From assembly GCA_038213805.1 (NCBI GenBank), contig JBBQSO010000010.1, forward strand, positions 1 through 64,000: a stretch of DNA of 64,000 nucleotides, given 5' to 3'. The position numbers were made by a program, and so were the translations under genes. Position 1 is the first letter of the stretch, and every line of letters starts with the position of its first letter. Below, piece after piece: positions 29,314 to 40,388 of the stretch. The notes under the pieces were generated by a model. It saw only the letters and a list, made by a program, of their open reading frames with translations. It had not been told where the DNA came from and searched no databases. The DNA comes from Planctomycetota bacterium (GTDB lineage: Bacteria > Planctomycetota > UBA11346).

Positions 29314-31662
29314 ATGCCCGCGACCGATCACTACCCGACCGCCAGCGCCGGCATCGCCGCGATCACCATCGGGGACGTACTCGGGGTGTGCTGGCGGCAC
29401 CGCTGGCCGGCCTTGCTCGCGGCCCTGGCCACAGCCTGCGTGGTAGTGTACGTCGGCCTCTCGAAGGTACCCCTCTTCGAGGCGCACGCGGTGCTGAAGC
29501 TCGAGGCCGGCTCCAAGGCGACGGTCTTCCACATCGAGCGCGAGACCGACTCCAACGAGACGCTGCTCGGCGCCGAGCGCGACCTGCTGCTGGCCACCCC
29601 GACGCTGCGCGCCGCACTCACCGCCCCGGCCCTGGCCGCCGACCCGTGGTACCGCGACCACGATGACGCCATCGACCGCCTGCGCCTGCGTCTGCGCGCC
29701 ACCACCTCGCACGACAGCCCGACCATCGAGCTGTGGCTGCGCGACGAGCGCGGCGCGGTCGCCGAAGACGGCCTGCGCGCGCTCATCGACGCCTTCAAGG
29801 CGGCGCGCAAGGAGCAGCAGGCGCAGCGCACGCGCGAGGACATGGAGGCGCTGACCCGCCAGGTCGCCGACGCCGCCAAGCGCCTGGAGGAGGTGCGCCG
29901 CGCCGAGGACGCCTTCCGCCACGACAAGGCGATCATCGCCAGCCGGCGCGAGGACAACCCCGCGACCGCGCGCCTGGCCGCCCTCTACCCGCGCCGCGCC
30001 GAGCTCGACCGCACCCTGCCCCTGGGCGCCGCTCTAGAGCAGCGCATCAAGGCCGCCGACGCCATCGCCGATCCCGATCAGCGCCTCGACGCGCTGGTGC
30101 ACATCGAGGCGATCAGCGCGACCCTGGCGGTGGCGGCGGCGCGCACCGCGCTGGGCGAACTGCGCGACCGTCAGAGCGCATTGGGGCAGAAGTACCTCGA
30201 GAAGCACCCGCGCATGATCGAGGTCGCGCAGGCCATCGCGCGCAAGCGCGAGGAGCTGATCGACGCGGTGGCGAGCGCGCGCCAGCTCGCGGTCGCGGTG
30301 CGCGCGCAACAGCTCGCGGAGTCGGCCGAGGTTGACCGCGCTGTCGCCCGTGACGAGGCCGAGCTGCGCACCTTCGAGGACAACGTGCGCGAGCTTGAGC
30401 GCATGCACCAGAACGCGGTCTCGCAGGAGACCGTGTTCAACGAGGTGCAGCTGCGCTACAACCAGGAGCTCGCCACCAGCACCAAGCCATCGGCTTCGAT
30501 CATCGAGCAGGAGCCGCCCAAGGCGCTGGGCTTCCCGATCAACATCTCGCGCACCATCACCGCCGCGGTCGCGCTCGCGCTCGGTGTACTCGCCGCGGTC
30601 ACCACCGCCTTCGTGCTGAACGCCTGCGACCGTCGCATCCGCGGTTCCGCCGGCGCGCGCGAGGCCGGGCGCCTGCCGGTGATCGCCTCGATTCCGCAGG
30701 TCGCTGCGCTCAAGCCACTGGCGCGCGGCGGCAGCCACGAGCAGCACCCCGATCACGCCGAGGCCTACCGCGGCCTGCGCACCACTCTCAAGATGACCCT
30801 GCAGGGCGACGGCTGCCAGGTGCTGCTGCTGACCTCGGCGTGCAGCGGCGAGGGCAAGAGCACGGTCAGCGCACACCTCGCAATCAGCCTCGCCGCGACC
30901 GGTGCCAAGGTGCTGCTGGTCGACGGCGACATGCGCAAGCCGAGCCTGCACACCATGCTCGGCGAGGCCTGCCCCCGCGGCCTCAGCTCGCTGCTCGCCG
31001 GCGACACGCTGGGCGCCGGTCCGGTGCCGACCACCTACCCCAACCTCGACCTGCAGGCGGTCGGCATCCAGCCGCACAACCCGGCCGAGCTGCTGCACAG
31101 TCAGCGCCTGGCCACGCAGGTGGACCAGTGGCGGCGCATTTATCACTATGTGGTCATCGACAGCCCGCCGCTCGACCCGGTGTCCGACGCGCTGCTCCTC
31201 GGCGAGCGCGCCGACGGTGTGCTGATGGTCACCCGCGACCGCCTCACCGAAAAAGCCATGCTCGCCGCCTGCGTCGCCAAGCTCGCGCCGCTCGGCAAGC
31301 GCGTGCTCGGCCTGGTGCTGAACGGTGACCGCGAGCAGGCCAACCGCTACGGCTACCCGTATTTCTATTCGGTCGCCAACCAGAACACCGCCAACAAGGC
31401 CTCGGCGCTGTCCGCGCGCCATGCGCCGCCCGGGCCCGGCCCCGCCGATGCGAAGCCGATGCCCAGCCACGATCCGCGCCCGGCCGCAGCGACAGCGATG
31501 GACTCGTCCGAGCCGCTCATCGACCTGATGCCGCTCGGCCCGCTGCCCAACCGCGCGGGCGCGAGCCGCGACAGCTACGCCACCCAATCGCCCGAGGTTG
31601 CGCTGCCCGACCCGAGCGAGCCGCGCCCGCAGCGCTCGCCGTCGGCGGGTTCGAGCGGCTGA
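29314..31662 (+). CDS. wzc: Polysaccharide co-polymerase / BY-kinase Wzc
   Basis: TM-coiled coil-TM architecture, EAYRGLRT, Walker A GEGKST, LVDGDMRKP, PAELL, IDSPP and Tyr cluster YGYPYFY. Confidence 0.9.
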   Translation: MPATDHYPTASAGIAAITIGDVLGVCWRHRWPALLAALATACVVVYVGLSKVPLFEAHAVLKLEAGSKATVFHIERETDSNETLLGAERDLLLATPTLRAALTAPALAADPWYRDHDDAIDRLRLRLRATTSHDSPTIELWLRDERGAVAEDGLRALIDAFKAARKEQQAQRTREDMEALTRQVADAAKRLEEVRRAEDAFRHDKAIIASRREDNPATARLAALYPRRAELDRTLPLGAALEQRIKAADAIADPDQRLDALVHIEAISATLAVAAARTALGELRDRQSALGQKYLEKHPRMIEVAQAIARKREELIDAVASARQLAVAVRAQQLAESAEVDRAVARDEAELRTFEDNVRELERMHQNAVSQETVFNEVQLRYNQELATSTKPSASIIEQEPPKALGFPINISRTITAAVALALGVLAAVTTAFVLNACDRRIRGSAGAREAGRLPVIASIPQVAALKPLARGGSHEQHPDHAEAYRGLRTTLKMTLQGDGCQVLLLTSACSGEGKSTVSAHLAISLAATGAKVLLVDGDMRKPSLHTMLGEACPRGLSSLLAGDTLGAGPVPTTYPNLDLQAVGIQPHNPAELLHSQRLATQVDQWRRIYHYVVIDSPPLDPVSDALLLGERADGVLMVTRDRLTEKAMLAACVAKLAPLGKRVLGLVLNGDREQANRYGYPYFYSVANQNTANKASALSARHAPPGPGPADAKPMPSHDPRPAAATAMDSSEPLIDLMPLGPLPNRAGASRDSYATQSPEVALPDPSEPRPQRSPSAGSSG

Positions 31663-31728
31663 GCTCAACCGGGGCGAGACGACCGGCAGGATTGTAAGCG
31701 GCTGGCGCGCCGGTCGAGCCCATACGCT

Positions 31729-32496
31729 TCAGTATGCCGGGATCATCCGCGCATGACTGGTCACAACCGTCGAGACCGCCCCCTCCACCACCAGGGCTAG
31801 CGCATGTCCGGGTAGTTCCGGCAACGGTGCGAATGTCCACGACCGCGCCTCATCTGCGAGCGGCGCGCGCAGCAGGCGCGGCACATCCGGGGGCACGCTG
31901 ACCGCGAAGTCCGCGAGCGGCGCGAGCAGACCGGTGCCGGTAGCCTTGACGAAGGCTTCCTTGCGCGTCCAGCAGCCGAGAAAAGCGGCGGCCAGGTCGG
32001 CCGCCGGCAGGCGGCGCAGGGCGGCGAGCTCCTCGGGCGCGCAGCAGGTCGCAGCGAGGGCGAGCGGGTCCGCGCCGGCGCGGCCGGGCGCCAGCGGCTC
32101 GAGGTCGACGCCGAGGCGCCGGCCGCGCGCCAGGGCGCACAGCGCCAGGGCGCCGGCGTGACTGAGCGAGAATTCTAGGCCGCCGCCAGCCACCAGCGCA
32201 GGCTTGCCGTGCGGTCCGCGGGCGAAGGCGAGCATCGCGGGCGGGCGGGTGGTGCAGGCGCCGAGCAACTCGCGCACCTGGCCGTGCGCGGCGATGAAGC
32301 GCGCACGCAGCTCCTCCGTGGCGAAGCGCGCGGCACGCGCACGTTCCTCGCCATCGAGCAACTCCATCCACGCCGCCTGGCGCACCGGACGGTCCAGGTC
32401 CATGGCCACCACGACCACCGCGCCGTCCGCAAGCGCGGCGCACACCTGCGGCCACGGCAACGCCCAATCGTCACCAAAAATATCGGGCACGCTCAT
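31729..32496 (-). CDS. Sfp-type 4'-phosphopantetheinyl transferase
   Basis: ERARAARF, GKP, FSLSH, GVDLE and WTRKEAFVKATG. Confidence 0.9.
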   Translation of the reverse strand: MSVPDIFGDDWALPWPQVCAALADGAVVVVAMDLDRPVRQAAWMELLDGEERARAARFATEELRARFIAAHGQVRELLGACTTRPPAMLAFARGPHGKPALVAGGGLEFSLSHAGALALCALARGRRLGVDLEPLAPGRAGADPLALAATCCAPEELAALRRLPAADLAAAFLGCWTRKEAFVKATGTGLLAPLADFAVSVPPDVPRLLRAPLADEARSWTFAPLPELPGHALALVVEGAVSTVVTSHARMIPAY

Positions 32497-32593
32497 GACC
32501 GGATCACGCGCCGCGTCTGGCTGTCGTCGCTGAGAGCGGCCCAGTGGGCCGCGGTCCCGGCGGGAAGACGGACTGCATCCACGTGGCCGACGC

Positions 32594-33805
32594 TCAATAC
32601 ACCGCGGTCAGCGACACCGTCACCAAGACGCGCTGATAGTCCTCGGCCACCTTGGCCCGGCTGTCGAGATAGCCGGTCTCGAGGCGCGCGGTCAGTCCGC
32701 GCTGCAGCGCCCAGTCGAGGCCCGCGCCGGCCTTCAGGCTGGTGCGCACCTCCTTGTCCTGGCCGGCGGCGGCGCTGGTGTCGCGGTACTGGGCGGCACC
32801 CAGCGAGGCGAAGCCCTGGACCACGTGGGTGAGCACGCGCCGGCCCTGCAGGTCGAGCCCATAGTTCCAACTGGCGTTGCTGCTGACACTGTTGGCGATG
32901 CCACTGGTCAGGCGCAGACCGAAACTGTCGCCGGCCTCGTCCGAGGTCTCGTAGTCCAGGAGCAGCGACGGGGCGTAGGACTCTGACCGGTCGAATGCGG
33001 TGCCAGTACGATCACCGCTGATGCGGTAGCGGCTGTAGCCCAGGCCGACCTCGGTGGCGATGGTGGTGAAGCGGTCCAGGTTCTTCTTCCAGCCGCCAGC
33101 TGCGGTCAGCCCGCGCTCGTCGTTGTATTGGACGTTGTCGTCGTACGCGGTGGCGTCGCCAGTGAGGCGGAAGGTCGCGCTCGCGTCCTGCGCGTAGCGC
33201 CAGGCGTAGCGTGCGGTCACCGTGTAGCGGTCGTAGGTGCCTGAACGAGCCGTGAAGGCGCTGGTGTCGTCGAGATAGCGCAGGCGCTCGGCACTCGCGC
33301 CCAGACCGTAGTCGCTGTACAACGCGTGCCAGGTGCTGTCGGCAGTGACCCGGCCGGCTTCGGTGACCACGCGCTCGCCGGTCTGGGCGAGGAAGGTCAG
33401 GGCGCGATCGTAAAGCGCCTGGCCGGTGAGCTCGTGTTCCTGGCTGGTGCGCTGGTAGCCGAGCGTGGCGTTGCCACCGAGCAGGTCGAACTCGCGGTGG
33501 TCGGCATAGCGGTCGCCGCGCACCTGGCCATCGAAGGTCAGGTGCTGGGCCTCGTCGATGCGGTAGCTGGCGGCGAGACCGGCCAAGCCGAAAACCGAAA
33601 CATCATCTTCGGCCACGTGCCGCGCCACGACGTTGCTATCATAGGTGGCGCCGGCCCCGGCACGTGGATGGACGATCAGCGCGCCGTTATCGAAATCCAT
33701 GCGCGCGATGGTATCCGGTTCCGGGCCTTCAGCCGCACCGGCGGTCGCGCCCTCCCCAGCCAGGAAGGCCAGAGCCAGGAGGCAGCGGACGGGCGCGATG
33801 GCCAT
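32594..33805 (-). CDS. Outer-membrane beta-barrel protein of the EPS export system
   Basis: Signal peptide, YDSNV motif, alternating Tyr/Gly-rich beta strands and terminal VSLTAVY. EPS cluster context. Confidence 0.75.
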   Translation of the reverse strand: MAIAPVRCLLALAFLAGEGATAGAAEGPEPDTIARMDFDNGALIVHPRAGAGATYDSNVVARHVAEDDVSVFGLAGLAASYRIDEAQHLTFDGQVRGDRYADHREFDLLGGNATLGYQRTSQEHELTGQALYDRALTFLAQTGERVVTEAGRVTADSTWHALYSDYGLGASAERLRYLDDTSAFTARSGTYDRYTVTARYAWRYAQDASATFRLTGDATAYDDNVQYNDERGLTAAGGWKKNLDRFTTIATEVGLGYSRYRISGDRTGTAFDRSESYAPSLLLDYETSDEAGDSFGLRLTSGIANSVSSNASWNYGLDLQGRRVLTHVVQGFASLGAAQYRDTSAAAGQDKEVRTSLKAGAGLDWALQRGLTARLETGYLDSRAKVAEDYQRVLVTVSLTAVY

Positions 33806-33884
33806 GGGGTGGACTCCGTGAAGGCGGCGGCGGCCTGGAACCGGCGAACCTGTAACGGATCCGCCGGATCAAGGCTACCCTTAA

Positions 33885-33948
33885 CCGGGTGAGCGACTTT
33901 CGCCCGGGTGAGCGGCATCAGGACTTTCGCCCGGGTGAGCGGCATCAG
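33885..33948. repeat. 27-bp perfect tandem duplication GACTTTCGCCCGGGTGAGCGGCATCAG x2, plus partial copy
   Basis: Copies at 33895-33921 and 33922-33948, preceded by CCGGGTGAGC at 33885-33894. Confidence 0.9.
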
Positions 33949-34032
33949 GCCGCCTCCCCCGGAAACGCGCCTACGGCGCTGCCCCCTTCACAGCCGATGG
34001 AGGCAGGGCATGGAATGACGCTCGGATTTAGG

Positions 34033-34053
34033 GTCTCGCGTCTCGCGTCTCGC
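34033..34053. repeat. Heptamer tandem repeat (GTCTCGC)3
   Basis: Read directly. Reads GCGAGAC on the coding strand, 22 nt after the stop at 34076. Confidence 0.7.
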
Positions 34054-34075
34054 GCCGCACGCAGCGCGTGGCGGG

Positions 34076-35406
<1,331 letters not shown>

Positions 35407-35407
<1 letters not shown>

Positions 35408-36462
35408 CAGCGCGGCCCGCCCGCACCGTGCGCCAGCCCGTCGCGGCCGTAGTACGCCGTATACCAGGCGACGAAGCGCGCCACCCCGGTCGCGATCGGG
35501 GTGGCGGGGCACCAGCCGATGTCGCGCACCAGGTCGCTGACATCGGCGCTGCTCACCGGCACGTCGCCGGGCTGCATCGGCAGCATGATGAGCTCGGCGC
35601 GCCGGCCGAGCTCGCGTTCGAGCGCGGCGATGTAGGCGTTCAGTTCGACCGGCTGGTGGTTGCCGACGTTGTAGATGCGCCACGGCGCCGAGCTGCTGGC
35701 GGGATCGCAGTGCGCGGTGTCCCAGCCGGGATTCGCGGCGGGCGGCCGCGCCAGCACGCGCACCACGGCCTCGGCGATGTCGTCGACGTAGGTGAAGTCG
35801 CGCACCATGCGGCCGTGGTTGTAGACCTCGATCGGCTCACCGGCGAGGATGGCGCGGGTGAATTTGAACAGCGCCATGTCCGGGCGGCCCCACGGACCGT
35901 AGACGGAGAAGAAGCGCAGGCCGGTGGCCGGCAGCTGGTAGAGGTGGCTGTAGCTGTGCGCCATCAGCTCGTTGGCCTTCTTGGTCGCGGCATAGAGGCT
36001 GAGTGGATGGTCGACCGGGTCGTGCACCGAAAAGGGCAGGGCGGTGGACAACCCGTAGACCGAACTCGAACTCGCGTAGACTAGGTGGGTGATGCCGTGC
36101 TGGCGGCTGCCCTCAAGGATGTTCATGAAGCCGACCAGGTTGGCGTCGACGTAGGAGTGCGGGTCGGTCAGGCTATGGCGCACCCCAGCCTGGGCGGCGA
36201 GGTGCACGACGCGCCGGCAGCCGCTCTGCGCGAACGCCGCCGCCATGCCCGGGCGATCGGCGATGTCGAGTTCGCGGAAGGTGAACCCGGGCAGCGCCGC
36301 GAGCTGGGCCACGCGCGCACGCTTGAGCGCCGGATCATAATAGGGCGAGAGATTGTCGATGCCGACCACTGCCGTGCCGCGACCCAGTAGGGCACGGCAG
36401 ACATGGTAGCCAATGAAGCCGGCGGCGCCGGTGACAAGAACGGGGTGGTCGGGGTCGGGCAT
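35407..36462 (-). CDS. UDP-glucuronate 4-epimerase (NAD-dependent epimerase, CapI/Uge-like)
   Basis: TGAAGFIG, HLAAQAGVR, ASSSSVYG, YAATKKANE, GPWGRPDMA, RDFTYVDD and MQPGDV. Confidence 0.92.
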
Positions 36463-36483
36463 GGACGGCGCCAAGATAGGCGC

Positions 36484-36628
36484 GGTCCGGAAGTCCGGAA
36501 GTCCGGAAGTCCGGAAGTCCTGGTTGGCGAGGCACCTCCGTCGCACTGGCGTCCATCTCGATCCCAGTGCTGATCGATGCTCAGATTCCCGGTCCATCTC
36601 GACTTCCGGACTCCCGGACTTCCGGACC
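36484..36628. repeat. Inverted pair of octamer tandem-repeat arms: (GTCCGGAA)4 ... GACTTCCG-GACTCCCG-GACTTCCG-GAC
   Basis: Arms at 36485-36519 and 36601-36627 are reverse complements over 27 bp with one mismatch, around a ~80 nt spacer. Confidence 0.9.
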
Positions 36629-36631
36629 CTC

Positions 36632-37093
36632 TCAACCAATCATCGGCCCTGCCTTGATCAGATAGGCGATCATCGCCAGGACGTAGCAGGCCATCCCCAG
36701 CGAGAGCAGGATCAGCTCGGCCAGGTACTGGCGGGTCTTGGCGTTGCGGTAGGCGATGATGGCGCTGAGCACGCTCAGCGGATCCGGGCCGGTGAACTGG
36801 GTCAGCCAGCGCACGCGCAGCGACATCAGGACCATTACCACCGCGCTCAGCACGAAGACCAGACCGATGGCCATGGCATCGCGGGCGAGCGGTCCACTGC
36901 CGGCGATGCGCGTGCCCGAGAAACCGGTGATGGTCAGGGTGATGGTGGCCAGGGTCAGCATCACCTGCGAACGCGTCTGGATGACCACGAACTGCGTGCT
37001 GATCAGGCGCATGCACTCGCTGAGCGAGCCGGAAGCGCCCTCGCGCGCGAGCAGCGCCGCGGCCTCGGCGGTCGGATCGGTGAGCATCTCCAT
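36632..37093 (-). CDS. Small integral membrane protein (3 TM), unknown function
   Basis: Three hydrophobic segments and high GC3 bias from MEMLTD. Confidence 0.65.
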   Translation of the reverse strand: MEMLTDPTAEAAALLAREGASGSLSECMRLISTQFVVIQTRSQVMLTLATITLTITGFSGTRIAGSGPLARDAMAIGLVFVLSAVVMVLMSLRVRWLTQFTGPDPLSVLSAIIAYRNAKTRQYLAELILLSLGMACYVLAMIAYLIKAGPMIG

Positions 37094-37226
37094 GGATGTT
37101 GCAGCGTAAGCGGTTGCATACAGTCGGGAAGCCCGGTGTGGCGACCCGGGTGGGCAGACGGCAATGCTTACTGTTGCAGCTTGCGGGCAGGCCATGACGT
37201 CCACATTCACCCACGGACTGGACCTT

Positions 37227-39989
37227 ATGACCGCCAAGATCATCGACTTCGCCTTCGACAAGATCGACCTCGATCTGCTCTACATGATGGGCTGCTTCCG
37301 CGAGGTGTTGGCCGAGCTCGGTGAGCCGGGCCTGGCCGATCGCCTGCCGTGGCTGCCCGCCAGCGACGCGCCGCGGCGTGCCGACGCCGAACTCGGCGAG
37401 CGCGATGTCCAGGTGCTGTCGATCGCCTTCCAGCTGCTCAACATGGTCGAGGAGAACGCCGCCGCCCAGTCCCGGCGCCGGCGCGAGACCACCGAGGGCA
37501 TGCTGCGCGAGCCCGGCTGCTGGGGCCAGAACCTGCGCCAGCTGCGCGAGGCCGGCTTCAGTGCCGAGCGCATCGCCGAGCTGCTGCCGACCATCCGCGT
37601 CGAACCGGTGCTGACCGCGCACCCCACCGAGGCCAAGCGCTCGACCGTGCTTGAGCAGCACCGTCAGCTCTACCTGCTGCTGGTCAGGCGCGAGAACCAG
37701 ATGTGGACGCCGATGGAGCAGCAGTCCATCCGCAGCGAGGTCAAGCTGCAGCTCGAGCGGCTGTGGCGCACCGGCGAGCTGCGCCTGCGCAAACCCGACG
37801 TCGCCAGTGAACGGCGCGGCGCCATCCACTACCTGCGCGACGTCTTCCCCGAGGTGCTGCCGCGCATCGACGAACGGCTGCGCGCCGGCTGGAAAGAGGC
37901 CGGCCTGGATCCCGCGCTGGTCGCCGGCCCCGCCAACATGCCGCGGCTGACCTTCGGCAGCTGGGTCGGCGGCGACCGCGACGGCCACCCGCTGGTCACC
38001 GCCCCGGTCACCGACGAGAGCCTGCTCGAACTGCGCCGCGCCGCGCACAGCCTGCTGCGCACCCACCTCATCCGCCTGGGCGAAGGCCTCAGCCTGTCCG
38101 CGCGGCTGCAGCCCCCGCCCGCCGCGCTGGTCGCCGAGACCGCGCGCCTGGTGGCGGCGCTCGGCGAAGCCGGCGCCAAGGCGATGGCGCGCAATCCCGG
38201 CGAGCCGTGGCGCCAGTACGTCGGGCTGCTCATCGCGCGCCTGCCGCGACCGGTCGCCGAGGCGCCAGTGGCGCCCAGCTACCTGCGTCCAGCAGAGCTG
38301 CTCGCCGACCTCGCCAACCTCGGCGCTTCGCTGACCGCGGTCGGCGCCCAGCGTCTGGTCGAAGGCGACGTGGCGCCGGTGGTGCGCCTGGTCGACCTGT
38401 TCGGCTTCCACCTCGCCAACCTCGACATCCGCCAGAACAGCGCGATGCACGAGAAGGCCCTCTCCCAGCTGCTCTGCGCCGCCGGCATCGACGCCGCGAA
38501 GATCGCCGAGTGGAGCGAGAAAGACCGCCTCGCCCTGCTCGACACCGAGCTGCGCTCGCCGCGCCCGCTGGTCCACCCCAGCGCCGAGCTCGGCGCCGAG
38601 GCCAGCAACGTGGTCGCCGCGCTGCGCGTGGTCGCGACTCACGTCACGGCGCATGGCACCGACTGCGTCGGCTCGCTGATCGTCAGCATGACGCGCCGGC
38701 TCTCGGACCTGCTTGCGGTGTACATCCTGGCACGCGAGGCCGGGCTGGTGCGGCCGTTCGACGGCGGCGCTGCGGCCGGCGGCGCCGGCATGGCCTGCCT
38801 GCTGCCGGTGGTGCCGCTGTTCGAGACCATCGCCGACCTCGACGGTTCGGCCGCGATCCTGCGTGCCTTCCTCGACCATCCCGTGACCCGGCGCAGCCTG
38901 GCGATGCAGGGCGGCAGCCGCCCGGTCCAGCAGATCATGCTCGGCTACAGCGATTCGTGCAAGGACGGCGGCATCCTCGCCAGCCAGTGGGGCCTGCACC
39001 GCGCCCAGACCGCGCTGACCGCGGTCGGCCGCGAGATGGGCGTGCAGCTGCGCTACTTCCACGGCCGTGGCGGCACCGTCAGCCGCGGCGCCGGGCCGAC
39101 GCACCGCTTCCTCGAGGCGCTGCCGCACGGCTCGCTGGGCGGCGACCTGCGCGTCACCGAGCAGGGCGAGACCATCGCCCAGAAGTACGCCAACCAGATC
39201 ACCGCCACCTACAACATCGAGCTGCTCCTCGCGGGTACCACTGCGACCACGCTCAAGCACCTGCAGTCCCCGCCCGACCACAGCGACGTCCACCCGCTGG
39301 TCGAGCGTCTGGCGCGGCGCAGCCAGGCGGCCTACGAGGGCCTGCTCGCCGACGATGCGTTCATGGCGTACTTCAGCGAGGCCACCCCCATCGACGCCCT
39401 CGAGCACGCCACCATCGGTTCGCGCCCCGCGCGCCGCACCGGCAAGCGCACGCTCGGCGATCTGCGCGCCATCCCCTGGGTGTTCAGCTGGAACCAGTCG
39501 CGCCACTACCTGCCGGGCTGGTACGGCCTGGGCCAGGCACTCGAAGAGCTGCACCAGCAGGATCCCGCCGGCTTCAAGCGCCTGGCGGACAAGGCCAATT
39601 CGTGGCCGTTCCTGCGCTACGTGCTGACCAACGTCGAGACCAACCTGGCCTCAGCCAACCTTGGGCTGATGGCGGACTACGCCGCCCTGGTCAAGGACGC
39701 CAAGGTCAAGGCGCACATCTACGGCAAGATCTCCGCAGAGTACCAGCGCACCTGGCGCATGGTCGACCTGGTCTTCGGCAGCCCGCTTGCCCTGCGCCGC
39801 CCACGCATGAACCGCACTCTCGAGCTGCGCGACGCCGGGCTGCGCGCGCTGCACCACCACCAGGTCGCCATCCTCGGGCGCTGGCGTGGGCTGCGAGAGA
39901 GCGGGGACATCCCGGCGGCGGATGCGCTGCTGCCGACGCTGCTGCTGTCGATCAACGCGATCGCGAGCGGGCTGCGCACGACGGGGTGA
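37227..39989 (+). CDS. ppc: Phosphoenolpyruvate carboxylase
   Basis: VLTAHPTE, GGDRDGHP, VVPLFETIADL, MLGYSDSCKDGG, FHGRGG, LRAIPWVFSWNQSR and C-terminal GLRTTG. Confidence 0.96.
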   Translation: MTAKIIDFAFDKIDLDLLYMMGCFREVLAELGEPGLADRLPWLPASDAPRRADAELGERDVQVLSIAFQLLNMVEENAAAQSRRRRETTEGMLREPGCWGQNLRQLREAGFSAERIAELLPTIRVEPVLTAHPTEAKRSTVLEQHRQLYLLLVRRENQMWTPMEQQSIRSEVKLQLERLWRTGELRLRKPDVASERRGAIHYLRDVFPEVLPRIDERLRAGWKEAGLDPALVAGPANMPRLTFGSWVGGDRDGHPLVTAPVTDESLLELRRAAHSLLRTHLIRLGEGLSLSARLQPPPAALVAETARLVAALGEAGAKAMARNPGEPWRQYVGLLIARLPRPVAEAPVAPSYLRPAELLADLANLGASLTAVGAQRLVEGDVAPVVRLVDLFGFHLANLDIRQNSAMHEKALSQLLCAAGIDAAKIAEWSEKDRLALLDTELRSPRPLVHPSAELGAEASNVVAALRVVATHVTAHGTDCVGSLIVSMTRRLSDLLAVYILAREAGLVRPFDGGAAAGGAGMACLLPVVPLFETIADLDGSAAILRAFLDHPVTRRSLAMQGGSRPVQQIMLGYSDSCKDGGILASQWGLHRAQTALTAVGREMGVQLRYFHGRGGTVSRGAGPTHRFLEALPHGSLGGDLRVTEQGETIAQKYANQITATYNIELLLAGTTATTLKHLQSPPDHSDVHPLVERLARRSQAAYEGLLADDAFMAYFSEATPIDALEHATIGSRPARRTGKRTLGDLRAIPWVFSWNQSRHYLPGWYGLGQALEELHQQDPAGFKRLADKANSWPFLRYVLTNVETNLASANLGLMADYAALVKDAKVKAHIYGKISAEYQRTWRMVDLVFGSPLALRRPRMNRTLELRDAGLRALHHHQVAILGRWRGLRESGDIPAADALLPTLLLSINAIASGLRTTG

Positions 39990-40388
39990 TTCCGGGTCCA
40001 GGGCGCGCGCCTTCGGCTGAACAGCCCCACGTGCCCGCGTGCCGGGCCCAACGCGACCAGGAGGCCGCGCGCCACCGGTCAGGCCTGCGCACAGCAAGGC
40101 GAACGCCTACGGGACTGGCGGTGGTACGCAGACCTTCCCCGCGTGCTCTCGCAGCGTACCCGCCACTCGCGACCCCGGACCTGCACCGGGCCGGCCATGC
40201 CGCGACGCGCAGGTGCCGACCTTGGGGCCATATCGTTTTGGGCACGTTCATGCGCGTTTCCGCCAAACCCAGCCATTCGGGGCGGGTACTTCGCGACTTG
40301 GCACGCGCTCCGTGCGCCAGACTGGCAACGCCTGCACCGTACGGCCTGTAGACCCTCCAGCGCCCCCTTCCACCCTGTGAGATCCGCC

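Noticed and set aside
33885..33948. 27-bp repeat as a possible CRISPR array
   Set aside because: The copies are directly adjacent with no spacers, and there are no cas genes.
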